From Escherichia phage Envy: a stretch of 45,206 nt of DNA. The stretch is from sequence record NC_031081.1. One strand, written 5' to 3'. Every line of letters begins with the position of its first letter. Within the stretch, counting starts at the first letter, position 1. The notes beneath the pieces were generated by a model. That model searched no databases. It saw only the letters and a list, made by a program, of their open reading frames with translations, and was not told where the DNA came from. Shown here piece by piece: positions 1-8,838 of the stretch. The position numbers and the translations under genes were made by a program.

Positions 1-127
1 GCGCTGGGCTTTATCCTGCATTGTGTGCAAGGCGTGTTAATGGTGGCATGGATGATTAGACATCCGACCCGCTGGCTGGATGACGGCTATAGCGAAGCTG
101 CCGTCGATTGGGTGGAGAAGAACATCA
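1..127. repeat. terminal direct repeat of the window, identical to 45080..45206; circular or terminally redundant genome, unit about 45079 bp
   Basis: first 127 bases read identically to last 127 bases. Confidence 0.9.
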
Positions 128-201
128 ACCGCCCGCCGTTAAGCTGGATCGAGAACGCGACCAACTACGTTACCCGAAATCTTTTTAATGAAAATGCTTG
201 A
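1..201 (+). CDS. small membrane protein, 3' part; same gene as 45038..45206, wraps across window edge
   Basis: frame continues from ATG at 45038 (MNKVFAILLMFVIGALGFILHC...), hydrophobic helices, stop near 199-201. Confidence 0.45.
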   Translation, partial: ALGFILHCVQGVLMVAWMIRHPTRWLDDGYSEAAVDWVEKNINRPPLSWIENATNYVTRNLFNENA

Positions 202-226
202 CCGCTCAGGCGCAACCAAGTAAATT
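198..226 (+). promoter_or_regulatory. possible sigma70-like promoter (TTGACC-17-TAAATT) with two GCAACCAAG direct repeats just downstream
   Basis: hexamer spacing read by eye upstream of 292 CDS. Confidence 0.3.
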
Positions 227-291
227 AGCAACCAAGCCGAACGGGGTGGCTTCCAATAACCCCGATACATGTGAAAATGAGGAATTGGAAA

Positions 292-1002
292 ATGGCTAAA
301 GTCAACCTGAAAAATGTGCGCGTATGTTTCCTTAAAATTTGGGAACGTGATACCCCTAAACAGGATGGACAAAAACCGGCATACCGTGCAGTGATTCTTC
401 TTGATAAAGAAGATCCGCAGGTGGACAAAGTGGAAGCGGCAGCGCGCGCAGTGCTAACCGACAAGCTGAAATCCGAGAAGAATGCTGATAAGTGGATGGA
501 CCGCCACTACGCCCAGGATTCTAAGGAATGCGCAGTTCGCGACGGTGACGAGCGCGACGAAGTAACCGAAGAATTCGAAGGCATGTTGTACATCAACGCC
601 AAATCGTTCAAACAGCCGATCATCCAGACTTCCGAAGGCGAGAAGCAGACGGAGCAGGGTCTGACCATCGACGGCGACGAAATCGAAGGGAAGGAAATCT
701 ATTCCGGTTGCTATTGCAACGTTTCCTTAGATATTTGGGCCTGGAACAATACCAACGGCAAAGGCTTAGGCTGTGGTCTGCTGGGTATGCGCTTCCGTGA
801 TGACGGCGAAGCCTTCGGCGGTGGCGGGTCTTCATGTTCCGACGAAGACCTGGGCGACGATGACGAAGACGACAAGCCGAGTAAGTCCAAAAAGTCCAAG
901 CGCCGCGATGACGACGACGAAGACGAAAAACCTCGCAAACGTCGTAAACCACGCGATGACGAAGATGAAGACGAAGCGCCACGTAAACGTCGCCGCCGTT
1001 AA
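292..1002 (+). CDS. putative ssDNA-binding protein (DUF2815-like core) with charged low-complexity C-terminal tail
   Basis: N-terminus MAKVNLKNVRV... recalled as DUF2815-like; GAGGA RBS before ATG 292; C-terminus DDDEDDKPSKSKKSKRRDDDDEDEKPRKRRK...RKRRRR. Confidence 0.5.
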   Translation: MAKVNLKNVRVCFLKIWERDTPKQDGQKPAYRAVILLDKEDPQVDKVEAAARAVLTDKLKSEKNADKWMDRHYAQDSKECAVRDGDERDEVTEEFEGMLYINAKSFKQPIIQTSEGEKQTEQGLTIDGDEIEGKEIYSGCYCNVSLDIWAWNNTNGKGLGCGLLGMRFRDDGEAFGGGGSSCSDEDLGDDDEDDKPSKSKKSKRRDDDDEDEKPRKRRKPRDDEDEDEAPRKRRRR

Positions 1003-1020
1003 GGGCAAAGCCCACTATTC

Positions 1021-1046
1021 AAGCCCGCTTAATGCGGGCTTTTTAA
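1021..1046 (+). terminator. rho-independent terminator
   Basis: AAGCCCGC-ttaat-GCGGGCTT hairpin followed by TTTTAAT. Confidence 0.6.
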
Positions 1047-1060
1047 TAGGACAATGAAAA

Positions 1061-1231
1061 ATGCGGATTAAAGCCAGCGAAGTAAAAGTCGGAATGAAAG
1101 TATGGTCTAAGCTACTGGGGGAATATTTCACAGTTGCCGAGATTCGCAACAACGGTGAAGAGATCGCCCTGTCCGACGGCATCTTCTCCATGATCGGCAG
1201 CGCTGACGCCGTAGTGAGGATTAAGCAATGA
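1061..1231 (+). CDS. small hypothetical protein (about 56 aa), translationally coupled to DNA polymerase
   Basis: ORF below track size cutoff; AGGA RBS; stop overlaps polymerase ATG (ATGA). Confidence 0.35.
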   Translation: MRIKASEVKVGMKVWSKLLGEYFTVAEIRNNGEEIALSDGIFSMIGSADAVVRIKQ

Positions 1232-3519
1232 AAGACTTCGAACGCCTGTTTCTCGATACCGAGACATTTAGCGGGGTGGACCTGAAGAAAGTAGGTGCGT
1301 ACGCCTACGCGGAGCACCCAACCACCGAGATTATGATCTGCACCTACGCCATAGACGAGGGCCGCGTGCAGACATGGGATTGCACCGAGTCCCCTAAAAT
1401 GCCGCGTGAACTTCGCAAGGCGCTCCGCCGGGTATCCCGCAAGAAAGCAAAAATCGTCATGGCTAACGGCCTCCTGTTTGACCGCCTGGTTATCCGTGAG
1501 AAGTGGGGTATTGACCTACCAGTTAGCCAGATCGAAGACACCATGATTATGGCCTTCCGTCACGCATTACCCGGCAGCCTTGATATGCAATGCCAGGTAC
1601 TGGGCGTAGATGCTGAACATGCGAAGGATAAAGCAGGCAAGGCGCTGATTAAGCGATTCTGTAAGCCAACGCCGAAGACTTACAAGGTCCGCCGCTATAC
1701 CCGCGAGACTCACCCGGAAGAGTGGGCCAAATTCCTCAAGTATGCGAAATACGACATCATCGCAATGCGTGAAGTGTACTGGCGTATCCCGGATTGGGGT
1801 AATACTCCGAAGGAAGACCAGATACTGGCAATTGACCAGTTGATCAATGACCGCGGATTCTACGTGGATACCAAACTGGCCTACGCCGCTATTAAAGCCG
1901 TGGAAGCGCACAAAGAAGAACTGAAAGAAGAGGCTATGGAGAAGTTTGGCGGTAAGCTAACCGGCAACGACTTCCTGCCATTGCTGCGCGATATTGCTCC
2001 GGCTTTCACTATCCATAATGCGCAGAAATCCACGCTGCACGACCTTCTTGCGGATCCTGACTTCCCGGATGAGGGCAAAGTGCTGATTGAAATGCGCCTC
2101 GGTGCGTCATCAACGGCATCGACCAAATACAATCCGCTCGTTAATGGCCTATCCGCCGATGGTCGCCGCCGTGGGTGTCTTCAGTATGGTGGTGCAAAGC
2201 GCACGCTGCGCTGGGCAGGTAAAGGTTTCCAACCTCAAAACCTGGCACGCGGAGAGTATAGCGACGATCACGAAGGGAAGATTAAGCGCCGCGAAGGTGA
2301 GAGCGACGTCGCTTTTTGGGTCCGGTCGCACATGCTCACCAACGGCATCAACTCCCTGTTACGCGGTACCGCGCACTGGGCGTATGACATATCTAAGCTG
2401 ACCGCCTCGACCGTCCGCGGGTGCATCATTCCGGCGAAGGGCAAGAAGTTTGTCGTCGCGGACTACTCCAACGTTGAAGGGCGTGGCCTTGCCTGGATCG
2501 CTGGCGAGAAAACCGCGCTAATGGTGTTTAAGGCCGGACGCGATATCTATTGCGAGACTGCCGGTAAGATGTTCGGCCTTGACCCGGATTACATCAAAGC
2601 CAACCGCAAAGACTTGCGCCAGATCGGAAAGGCGTGTGAATTGGGACTGGGCTATGGTGGCGGCGTTGCGGCGTTCTTGCAGTTCGCTAAAAACCTGGGC
2701 CTCGACCTTTACACTATGGCGGACGTGATGAAAGGCACGTTCCCGGATCACATTTGGGCGGCGGCGAAACGCGGCTATGAGTACGCCCGCATTAACGAAG
2801 CGAAGCGCCCGCCGAAGCCTGGTAAGAAAGACGAGCGCCCAACTTACATACTGCCGAAAAACGTATGGCTGACGTGCGACGCGATCAAACGTATGTGGCG
2901 TGAGGCTCACCCGAAGACGGTAGCCTTTTGGGCCGAGCTTGAGGACGCGGTGTTGTGTGCAATCCGCAATCCGGGCAAAGCATACTGGGCTGGCGCGAAC
3001 GTTCGCCCGGACGGAAGGAAAGCGCTCAAGATTGTGCGCACGAAGGCGAAGCACGACCCAACCTTCGACGAGGAGCGCGACGACCCGGACGCCGCGGGGT
3101 GGTGGTTGAAAATTGAGTTGCCGTCGGGGCGCATCATGAGCTACCCGGGCATCGCGCTGTCTGTCACGACCGAGATCGACGAAGATACTGGCAAGAAACG
3201 CACCAGCACCCGCATTAAATACCAGGGCGAGAACCAGACGACGCGCCAGTGGGGATTCCAGTACACCTACGGCGGCAAACTGACGGAGAACATCGTACAG
3301 GCGTTGTGCCGCGATATTCTCGCATGGTCCATGCCTGGCGTTGAAGCTGCGGGCTATGAAATCGTCCTGTCAGTACACGACGAATTGATCACCGAAGTGC
3401 CAGACACTGACGACTACACGACCGAGGAGCTTTGCGCGCTGATGTGCGACCTGCCAATTTGGGCGAAAGGCTTCCCACTTGCCGCAGAGGGCGATTGCAT
3501 GTATCGCTACCGCAAGTAG
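1228..3519 (+). CDS. family A DNA polymerase with N-terminal DnaQ-like 3'-5' exonuclease
   Basis: 763 aa; FLDTETFSG exo motif; RQIGKACELGLGYGGG (motif B-like) and LSVHDELITEV (motif C-like). Confidence 0.9.
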   Translation: MKDFERLFLDTETFSGVDLKKVGAYAYAEHPTTEIMICTYAIDEGRVQTWDCTESPKMPRELRKALRRVSRKKAKIVMANGLLFDRLVIREKWGIDLPVSQIEDTMIMAFRHALPGSLDMQCQVLGVDAEHAKDKAGKALIKRFCKPTPKTYKVRRYTRETHPEEWAKFLKYAKYDIIAMREVYWRIPDWGNTPKEDQILAIDQLINDRGFYVDTKLAYAAIKAVEAHKEELKEEAMEKFGGKLTGNDFLPLLRDIAPAFTIHNAQKSTLHDLLADPDFPDEGKVLIEMRLGASSTASTKYNPLVNGLSADGRRRGCLQYGGAKRTLRWAGKGFQPQNLARGEYSDDHEGKIKRREGESDVAFWVRSHMLTNGINSLLRGTAHWAYDISKLTASTVRGCIIPAKGKKFVVADYSNVEGRGLAWIAGEKTALMVFKAGRDIYCETAGKMFGLDPDYIKANRKDLRQIGKACELGLGYGGGVAAFLQFAKNLGLDLYTMADVMKGTFPDHIWAAAKRGYEYARINEAKRPPKPGKKDERPTYILPKNVWLTCDAIKRMWREAHPKTVAFWAELEDAVLCAIRNPGKAYWAGANVRPDGRKALKIVRTKAKHDPTFDEERDDPDAAGWWLKIELPSGRIMSYPGIALSVTTEIDEDTGKKRTSTRIKYQGENQTTRQWGFQYTYGGKLTENIVQALCRDILAWSMPGVEAAGYEIVLSVHDELITEVPDTDDYTTEELCALMCDLPIWAKGFPLAAEGDCMYRYRK

Positions 3520-3585
3520 CGGAAATGTTGCTTTTAGCGGAAACGTTGGGCATTATTGTCTGGCGTTTTCTTTTTCGAGGTGTAT

Positions 3586-4188
3586 ATGAAACATTGTGGG
3601 CGTTGTAATACGGGTAAAGATGAGTCCGCTTTCAACAAGGGCCAGTCGTGGTGCGCCAAATGCATGGCGGCATATAAGAAAGAGAGACGGGATAAGGAAA
3701 GAGGCGCGCCGCCGAGAGAAGTATGGCGAGAGTACACCGGGGAGATCGTAACATGTCGTACGTGCGGTGAGCGCAAGCCGCTCACGCCGGAAAACTTCCG
3801 GCCCGGAAGCCAAGCAAACGGGTCACATATTCGTAAAGAATGCCGATCGTGCGCTAATAAGTCACGCCGTGAGTACAACCACCGGACACCAGAGATCCGC
3901 GCTTACTATAAACTCTTTCAGTACCGTAAGGCAGACGAAAGGAAGGGGCTAAACACCGACCTTACTACAGAGGACGTGCTGCGCCTTACTTCTCAGCCGT
4001 GCGCATACTGCGGATTCACCGGCGACAATGGCGCGGACCGACTCGACAACGCAGTAGGCCATACGAAAGATAACTGCGTGCCGTGCTGCGTAGAGTGCAA
4101 CATAGCCCGCGGGGATCGGTTTACCCCGGACGAAATGAAGAAGTTTATCGGACCTGCCATCGCTGCCGTAAGGAAAAGCCGACAATGA
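3586..4188 (+). CDS. HNH endonuclease with two N-terminal zinc-ribbon-like modules
   Basis: CAYCGF...DNAVGHTKDNCVPCCVECNIARGD HNH-like region; two CxxC...CxxC modules; GAGG RBS before ATG 3586. Confidence 0.7.
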   Translation: MKHCGRCNTGKDESAFNKGQSWCAKCMAAYKKERRDKERGAPPREVWREYTGEIVTCRTCGERKPLTPENFRPGSQANGSHIRKECRSCANKSRREYNHRTPEIRAYYKLFQYRKADERKGLNTDLTTEDVLRLTSQPCAYCGFTGDNGADRLDNAVGHTKDNCVPCCVECNIARGDRFTPDEMKKFIGPAIAAVRKSRQ

Positions 4189-4463
4189 CACCAGAAGGCA
4201 AGGTGCAGCGTCACCTTATGAAACGGGTTAAAGAGGTTGGCGGATTCTGCCGAAAACTGGCATGGGAGGGGCGCGCAGGTGCGCCCGACCTGATTATTAT
4301 CATCAACGGCATAATAGTGTTCGTCGAAGTGAAGCGCCCAGGCGGAAAACCGAAGCCGCACCAGGTACGTGAACATGAGCGAATGGCCCGCCGCGGTGCT
4401 GACGTTCGCGTTATCGACAACATATCCGACTGCGATTTATTGGTTGCTGAATTGGTCGCATAG
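4185..4463 (+). CDS. VRR-NUC domain nuclease
   Basis: GAPDLIIIINGIIVFVEVKRPGGKPKPHQ matches VRR-NUC pattern; ATGA overlap with HNH stop. Confidence 0.7.
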   Translation: MTPEGKVQRHLMKRVKEVGGFCRKLAWEGRAGAPDLIIIINGIIVFVEVKRPGGKPKPHQVREHERMARRGADVRVIDNISDCDLLVAELVA

Positions 4464-4503
4464 CGGTATAGTGTGCCGGTTAGCCATATCGAGGATTTTA
4501 GAG

Positions 4504-4677
4504 ATGATTGAAGAAAAACGTTGTAGTAATTGCGGCTGTGTAAAGCCGCTATCCCAGTTCCACAAATACACCGGTAAGACTGCGCGCAGTCCAGACGGGT
4601 ATCGGGCAGAGTGCAAATCGTGCCGCAATAAGAAAGAGCGCGAACGGCAGCGCCGCTACCGTGCAGAACAAAAATAA
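4504..4677 (+). CDS. small zinc-ribbon protein (57 aa), paralog of the HNH N-terminal modules
   Basis: CSNCGCV...FHKYTGK...CKSCRNKKERERQRRY; internal ATG of track ORF 4369..4677 with upstream AGGA. Confidence 0.45.
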   Translation: MIEEKRCSNCGCVKPLSQFHKYTGKTARSPDGYRAECKSCRNKKERERQRRYRAEQK

Positions 4678-4684
4678 TTAATAC

Positions 4685-4707
4685 GGCGGGCTTGTCCCGC
4701 CATTTTT
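4685..4707 (+). terminator. rho-independent terminator
   Basis: GGCGGG-cttgt-CCCGCC hairpin then ATTTTTGG. Confidence 0.6.
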
Positions 4708-4720
4708 GGGAGACATGACG

Positions 4721-4939
4721 ATGAAAGAACATTACCGGCTCACCAAGCTGGGCGAATGTAAACCGGGCGATCGCGTATGGTTTATCGCAGGCATGAATGA
4801 TCCGCTGCCGTTGACGGTGTGCTGGCAAAAATTTAAGAGCTTCCGGGCTACCGGTGTGCACATCGGACACGCCACCAACTACGACGCCACAAAAAGGAAC
4901 TGGAACAGTGAAACAGAAGTCTGGAAAAAGGCGGAATAA
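4721..4939 (+). CDS. hypothetical protein (about 72 aa)
   Basis: GGGAGA RBS upstream; ATG at 4715 or 4721. Confidence 0.45.
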   Translation: MKEHYRLTKLGECKPGDRVWFIAGMNDPLPLTVCWQKFKSFRATGVHIGHATNYDATKRNWNSETEVWKKAE

Positions 4940-4943
4940 AGAT

Positions 4944-6368
4944 ATGGCACGTTTCCGACGTCGCGAATATCAGAAGTTGATAACCGCGTTCATCCTCAAG
5001 CATAAGCGCTGCAATATTTGGGCGACAATGGGGTCGGGTAAAACCGGCGCGACCATGTGGGCGCTGAATAAAATGTTCCAGACTGGCGTCCTGTCCCATC
5101 ATGAGGACCGCGTACTGGTGCTGGCCCCGCTGCGTGTTGCGTCGGGTACATGGCCACCGGAACAGGAGAAATGGCGATTCTCATCCCTGCTGGTCGTAGA
5201 CGGCACCGGGCCGGAGAAGGACCGTATTGCGGCGCTTGAGAGCGACGCTAACGTGGTTTGTGTTAACTACGATGTGGTTGAGTGGCTGGTCGACTATTAC
5301 GGCGATGCGTGGCCCTTTACGGTCGTTGTTGCCGATGAATCGACTAAGCTGAAAGGCTATCGTAGCAAGCAGGGGAGCAAGCGCGCCCGCGCACTGGCAG
5401 CGATTGCACATAAACACGTCAAGCGCTGGATTAACCTTACCGGCACACCAGCGCCAAACGGGCTAAAAGACTTATGGGGTCAGACGTGGTTTGTCGACGG
5501 TGGCGAACGCCTCGGCAGTAGCTATAAGGCATTTACCGACCGCTGGTTCATTAGCAAGCCTGTTAAGCCTGGCAGCTTCACTATGCAGCACGCTCCGCTA
5601 AAGAACTCCGAGAAAGAGATACAACAACGTCTGTCAGATGTATCCCTCACCGTTGACGCGGCTGAATACTTCGGGTGCGACAAGCCAATCTATACGCCGG
5701 TTGTTGTGGACCTGCCGAAGAAAGCGCGCAAGATTTATGACCAGTTTGAAAGCGAGCTATTTGCAGAACTGGAAAGCGGAACAGTGGAAGCGGCGAACGC
5801 GGCGTCGAAGACAATTAAGTGCCTTCAGCTTGCATCCGGCGCTGTGTATAAGGTGGACGAAGACGGCGAACGGACCGACGAGTGGGTGAAGATTCACGAC
5901 GCGAAGCTGGACGCGCTGGAAAGTATTGTGGAGGAGTTGAACGGAGCGCCGTTGCTCGTTGCGTATCAGTATAAGCATGACCTGGCACGTCTTAAGAAGA
6001 AATTTCCGCACGGCGTTGCGTTGGGTAAAGGTAAGCAGGGCAATAAGGATATGGAAGCATGGAACAGGGGCGAGATCCCCATCATGTTTGCACACCCGGC
6101 ATCGGCGGGCCACGGCCTTAACTTGCAGGACGGCGGTCATCACCTGGCAATCTTCTCCGATACCTGGAACTTTGAGCACTTTTCGCAGATCGTTGAGCGT
6201 ATCGGGCCGGTTCGCCAGATGCAGGCCGGGCACCCTCGACCGGTATTCGTCTACATTATCCAGGCGCGCGGGACACTGGACGAACTGGTCGCGGAGCGTC
6301 GCGACAGTAAGCGAGACATTCAGGACGATTTAATGGAATACATGAAAGCTAAAAAGGCGCGCAAATGA
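4944..6368 (+). CDS. SNF2/DEAD-like superfamily 2 helicase
   Basis: Walker A MGSGKTG, DExx-like VVADES, NLTGTP; internal ATG at 4944 with RBS. Confidence 0.8.
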   Translation: MARFRRREYQKLITAFILKHKRCNIWATMGSGKTGATMWALNKMFQTGVLSHHEDRVLVLAPLRVASGTWPPEQEKWRFSSLLVVDGTGPEKDRIAALESDANVVCVNYDVVEWLVDYYGDAWPFTVVVADESTKLKGYRSKQGSKRARALAAIAHKHVKRWINLTGTPAPNGLKDLWGQTWFVDGGERLGSSYKAFTDRWFISKPVKPGSFTMQHAPLKNSEKEIQQRLSDVSLTVDAAEYFGCDKPIYTPVVVDLPKKARKIYDQFESELFAELESGTVEAANAASKTIKCLQLASGAVYKVDEDGERTDEWVKIHDAKLDALESIVEELNGAPLLVAYQYKHDLARLKKKFPHGVALGKGKQGNKDMEAWNRGEIPIMFAHPASAGHGLNLQDGGHHLAIFSDTWNFEHFSQIVERIGPVRQMQAGHPRPVFVYIIQARGTLDELVAERRDSKRDIQDDLMEYMKAKKARK

Positions 6369-7060
6369 TAATCTGGTCATTGTTTGACGGCAGCGGCTTG
6401 ATGATTGAGCGTGCTGCCGAGATGGGGCATAAGTGCTACTGTTTTAACTACTCCGAAGCCGATCACGGGTCGTACCTGGACTACCGGATTTATGGTCGCG
6501 GGATCCGATATCGCAATGAGTTTATTGATCTGGACTTTGTAGACCGCGCGATGAATGGCGATTTCGGTACGCCAGATATCATCTACGCATTCCCGCCGTG
6601 TACTGATCTGGCGGTGAGCGGTGCGCCAGCTTTCCCGCGCAAACGCGCCCGCGACCCGGCCTTCCAGCTTAAGGCGGTGCGCACCGCGAAGATCGCCGCG
6701 TACCTGGGTGACTTCTTCGAAGTGCCGTATATGATTGAGAATCCGCGCAGTGTGCTTTCCACCCAGTGGCGCAAGCCGGATCACTCATTCGACCCGTGGG
6801 AGTATGGGGGATATCTGCCGGAGGATGACGTACACCCGCTCTTCCCGGAATACATCAACGCCCGCGATTCATATCCGAAGCTGACCTGCTTATGGACCGG
6901 CAACGGCTTCCGTATGCCAGAGAAGAGACCTGTTTTCGTTGAAAAAGGGTACTCGAAGCAGTATAGTCGCCTCGGAGGCAAATCAGCCCGCACAAAATTA
7001 ATCCGGTCGCTCACTCCGCGCGGCTTCGCGATAGCGGTTAACGAGGAAAATTTAAAATGA
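6365..7060 (+). CDS. compact DNA (cytosine-5)-methyltransferase-like protein
   Basis: LFDGSG (motif I-like), AFPPC (motif IV-like Pro-Cys), MIENP (motif VI-like); only 231 aa; ATGA overlap with helicase stop. Confidence 0.45.
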   Translation: MIIWSLFDGSGLMIERAAEMGHKCYCFNYSEADHGSYLDYRIYGRGIRYRNEFIDLDFVDRAMNGDFGTPDIIYAFPPCTDLAVSGAPAFPRKRARDPAFQLKAVRTAKIAAYLGDFFEVPYMIENPRSVLSTQWRKPDHSFDPWEYGGYLPEDDVHPLFPEYINARDSYPKLTCLWTGNGFRMPEKRPVFVEKGYSKQYSRLGGKSARTKLIRSLTPRGFAIAVNEENLK

Positions 7061-7377
7061 ACGCTACATACGAACCAATCGATTTTTCGGTCGCAATGAC
7101 TAACCAGCTATTCACCTACGACAGCAAAACCGGAGTCATCCGCCTGAAGTCCACCGGATGCAAGATTGGCAACATCAACACCGCCGATGGCGGAACCCGT
7201 ATCGAATGCAACGGCAAGACGCTGTCTGGCGCACGCGTGGCGTGGATTATTGCGACGGGCAATACAATCCCTCCAGGCTTCGCCGTTGTGTGCCGCCAGC
7301 GCACTCCAGGGCACTACGGCAACCGCATAAGCAACCTTTATCTTGTGGATGTGATGAGCGACCCAAATTTCTTTTAA
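7057..7377 (+). CDS. hypothetical protein, possibly degenerate HNH-like
   Basis: 106 aa, ATGA overlap with upstream gene; GHYGNRISNLYLV weakly resembles HNH core. Confidence 0.5.
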   Translation: MNATYEPIDFSVAMTNQLFTYDSKTGVIRLKSTGCKIGNINTADGGTRIECNGKTLSGARVAWIIATGNTIPPGFAVVCRQRTPGHYGNRISNLYLVDVMSDPNFF

Positions 7378-7385
7378 TAAATTGG

Positions 7386-7414
7386 TTGCAGTACGGGATT
7401 GGTTGCATTATATT
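7386..7414 (+). promoter_or_regulatory. sigma70-like promoter (TTGCAG-17-TATATT) with two ATTGGTTGCA direct repeats
   Basis: hexamers and spacing upstream of 7461 CDS. Confidence 0.45.
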
Positions 7415-7415
7415 G

Positions 7416-7443
7416 AGGGTGTTCCGAAGGGAACGCCCTTTTT
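7416..7443 (+). terminator. terminator-like hairpin ending the upstream operon
   Basis: AGGGTGTTCC-gaa-GGGAACGCCCT then TTTTAAT. Confidence 0.45.
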
Positions 7444-7460
7444 AATATGAGGATTTGACA

Positions 7461-7703
7461 ATGAAACGAGTATTTTTTGATTACGACGGTGATTTACGGT
7501 TATGGGTGTGCATTGTGCTGTTCTTATTCTTTTGCCTCCTGCTGCCGATTTCCTGCACGTATAACCTCGATAAATATGAATGCCGTATTGTCTACGCAGA
7601 ACTAACAGGTCGTAACACCCAGTGGCGCTATGGCACTTGCTGGGTTGAAATGGACGGCAAATTTATACCACGCAAAGAAATTCGCATGACGGATATTAAA
7701 TAA
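7461..7703 (+). CDS. small membrane protein (about 80 aa)
   Basis: GAGGA RBS 7 nt before ATG; hydrophobic stretch LWVCIVLFLFFCLLLPI. Confidence 0.5.
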   Translation: MKRVFFDYDGDLRLWVCIVLFLFFCLLLPISCTYNLDKYECRIVYAELTGRNTQWRYGTCWVEMDGKFIPRKEIRMTDIK

Positions 7704-8161
7704 TGAAAATTTTACAAGAAGAGAAAGCGTATTGGGTAGCACAGTGTCTTGAAGCCCGCGAGAAAGCGGAAGGAGCTACCGCGCTGGCGGACACCTACCT
7801 GGCGAGCTATGAAGGCGAGGAGAAGGTCCGAAAGGAATTAGAGGAACGCTTCGAACTGCTGGGCGAACTGATCACCATTATGCAGCGCACCGGGTACACA
7901 ACATCCGTATCGCTCACCCGGCTAACCGCCGATGCCCTGCGCGAGCATTACAAACTGGCCGAGGAGTACGTCCGTCCGAAGGGCAGCCAGTCTTCGATCC
8001 CGCGGAAAGGACTGGTGCATATAGCGTGGCGTGCAAACGGCAGCTACTATTCCGATAGCCGACCGCTCAGTAAGGAGGAGATGTCCAGAGTCCAACGCGT
8101 GCTATCCAGCGGAAAGAAAACCGCCCTGTATGCGATAGATCCAGACTATGCAGAAGAGTGA
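7703..8161 (+). CDS. hypothetical protein (152 aa)
   Basis: ORF coupled to neighbours (TAAATAATG). Confidence 0.55.
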   Translation: MKILQEEKAYWVAQCLEAREKAEGATALADTYLASYEGEEKVRKELEERFELLGELITIMQRTGYTTSVSLTRLTADALREHYKLAEEYVRPKGSQSSIPRKGLVHIAWRANGSYYSDSRPLSKEEMSRVQRVLSSGKKTALYAIDPDYAEE

Positions 8162-8633
8162 GCAGAAAGATAGCTGGCGCACGCCGCCAGCTTTATTTAA
8201 ACCGCTGCGCCGTAAGTTCCGATTCCGTTACGATATGGCGGCAAGCGACGCCAACCACCTGCTACCGCGTTACTTCACGGCAGAGCACAGCGCGCTTGAT
8301 GTGGACTGGTCCGAGTTGAAAGGGTGGAAGTGGTGCAATCCGCCGTATTCCGATCCGCTGCCGTGGGTCGAGTGCGCAGCGCACGGACGCCGGACTGTCA
8401 TGCTACTGAATCAGGACACGTCGACGAAGTGGGCGAGGCTGGCCCGGAAGACTGCAAACCTGATAATTCTTCTGGACTGGCGGATTAGATTCATTCACGC
8501 CGTCACCGGTGAAGTCGGGCCGAGCAATAACAAGTGCCAGCAATTGATAATATTTGACGAAGCGCCGCCCAGCGGCAGCGCACAAATTGAAATAATGAGC
8601 GAGAGTGAGCTACATGAATATCTTAGTCGTTGA
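8148..8633 (+). CDS. Dam-like DNA N6-adenine methyltransferase
   Basis: WRTPPALF...FRYDMAASDANHL...WCNPPY (NPPY catalytic motif). Confidence 0.75.
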   Translation: MQKSEQKDSWRTPPALFKPLRRKFRFRYDMAASDANHLLPRYFTAEHSALDVDWSELKGWKWCNPPYSDPLPWVECAAHGRRTVMLLNQDTSTKWARLARKTANLIILLDWRIRFIHAVTGEVGPSNNKCQQLIIFDEAPPSGSAQIEIMSESELHEYLSR

Positions 8634-8838
8634 CCGCAGTATGCGCGTCGTGGACGAAATTGTTAAACGCTACCAAATTAACCCGAGGGAGAACAAAGTT
8701 CGGCGGGTAAGTCGCCCGGAGCAATTGCTCGGCCTGGACCTTACCGGCTGGCTTGTAATGACTGCTAGCAGCCATCTTGTGTGTGGCACGTTTTCCGCCC
8801 GTATTGTTCGTGAAAATTTGATCAAGGAGTTGAAATGA
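8614..8838 (+). CDS. hypothetical protein (about 74 aa)
   Basis: internal ATG of track ORF; overlaps Dam 3' end by about 20 nt in another frame. Confidence 0.35.
   Translation: MNILVVDRSMRVVDEIVKRYQINPRENKVRRVSRPEQLLGLDLTGWLVMTASSHLVCGTFSARIVRENLIKELK

Noticed and set aside
139-464. Track ORFs 139..372 and 225..464 on minus strand
   Set aside because: Antisense to the membrane-protein and SSB-like genes, no RBS, and they cross a promoter region.
3517-3552. Direct repeat TAGCGGAAA(T/C)GTTG x2 after the polymerase stop
   Set aside because: Only two short copies, no hairpin or T-run; possibly chance or a minor binding site.
7416-7443. Hairpin as a leader attenuator for the promoter at 7386..7414
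   Set aside because: The stem begins about 2 nt after the -10 hexamer, so the transcript would lack the 5' arm; it more likely terminates the upstream operon.
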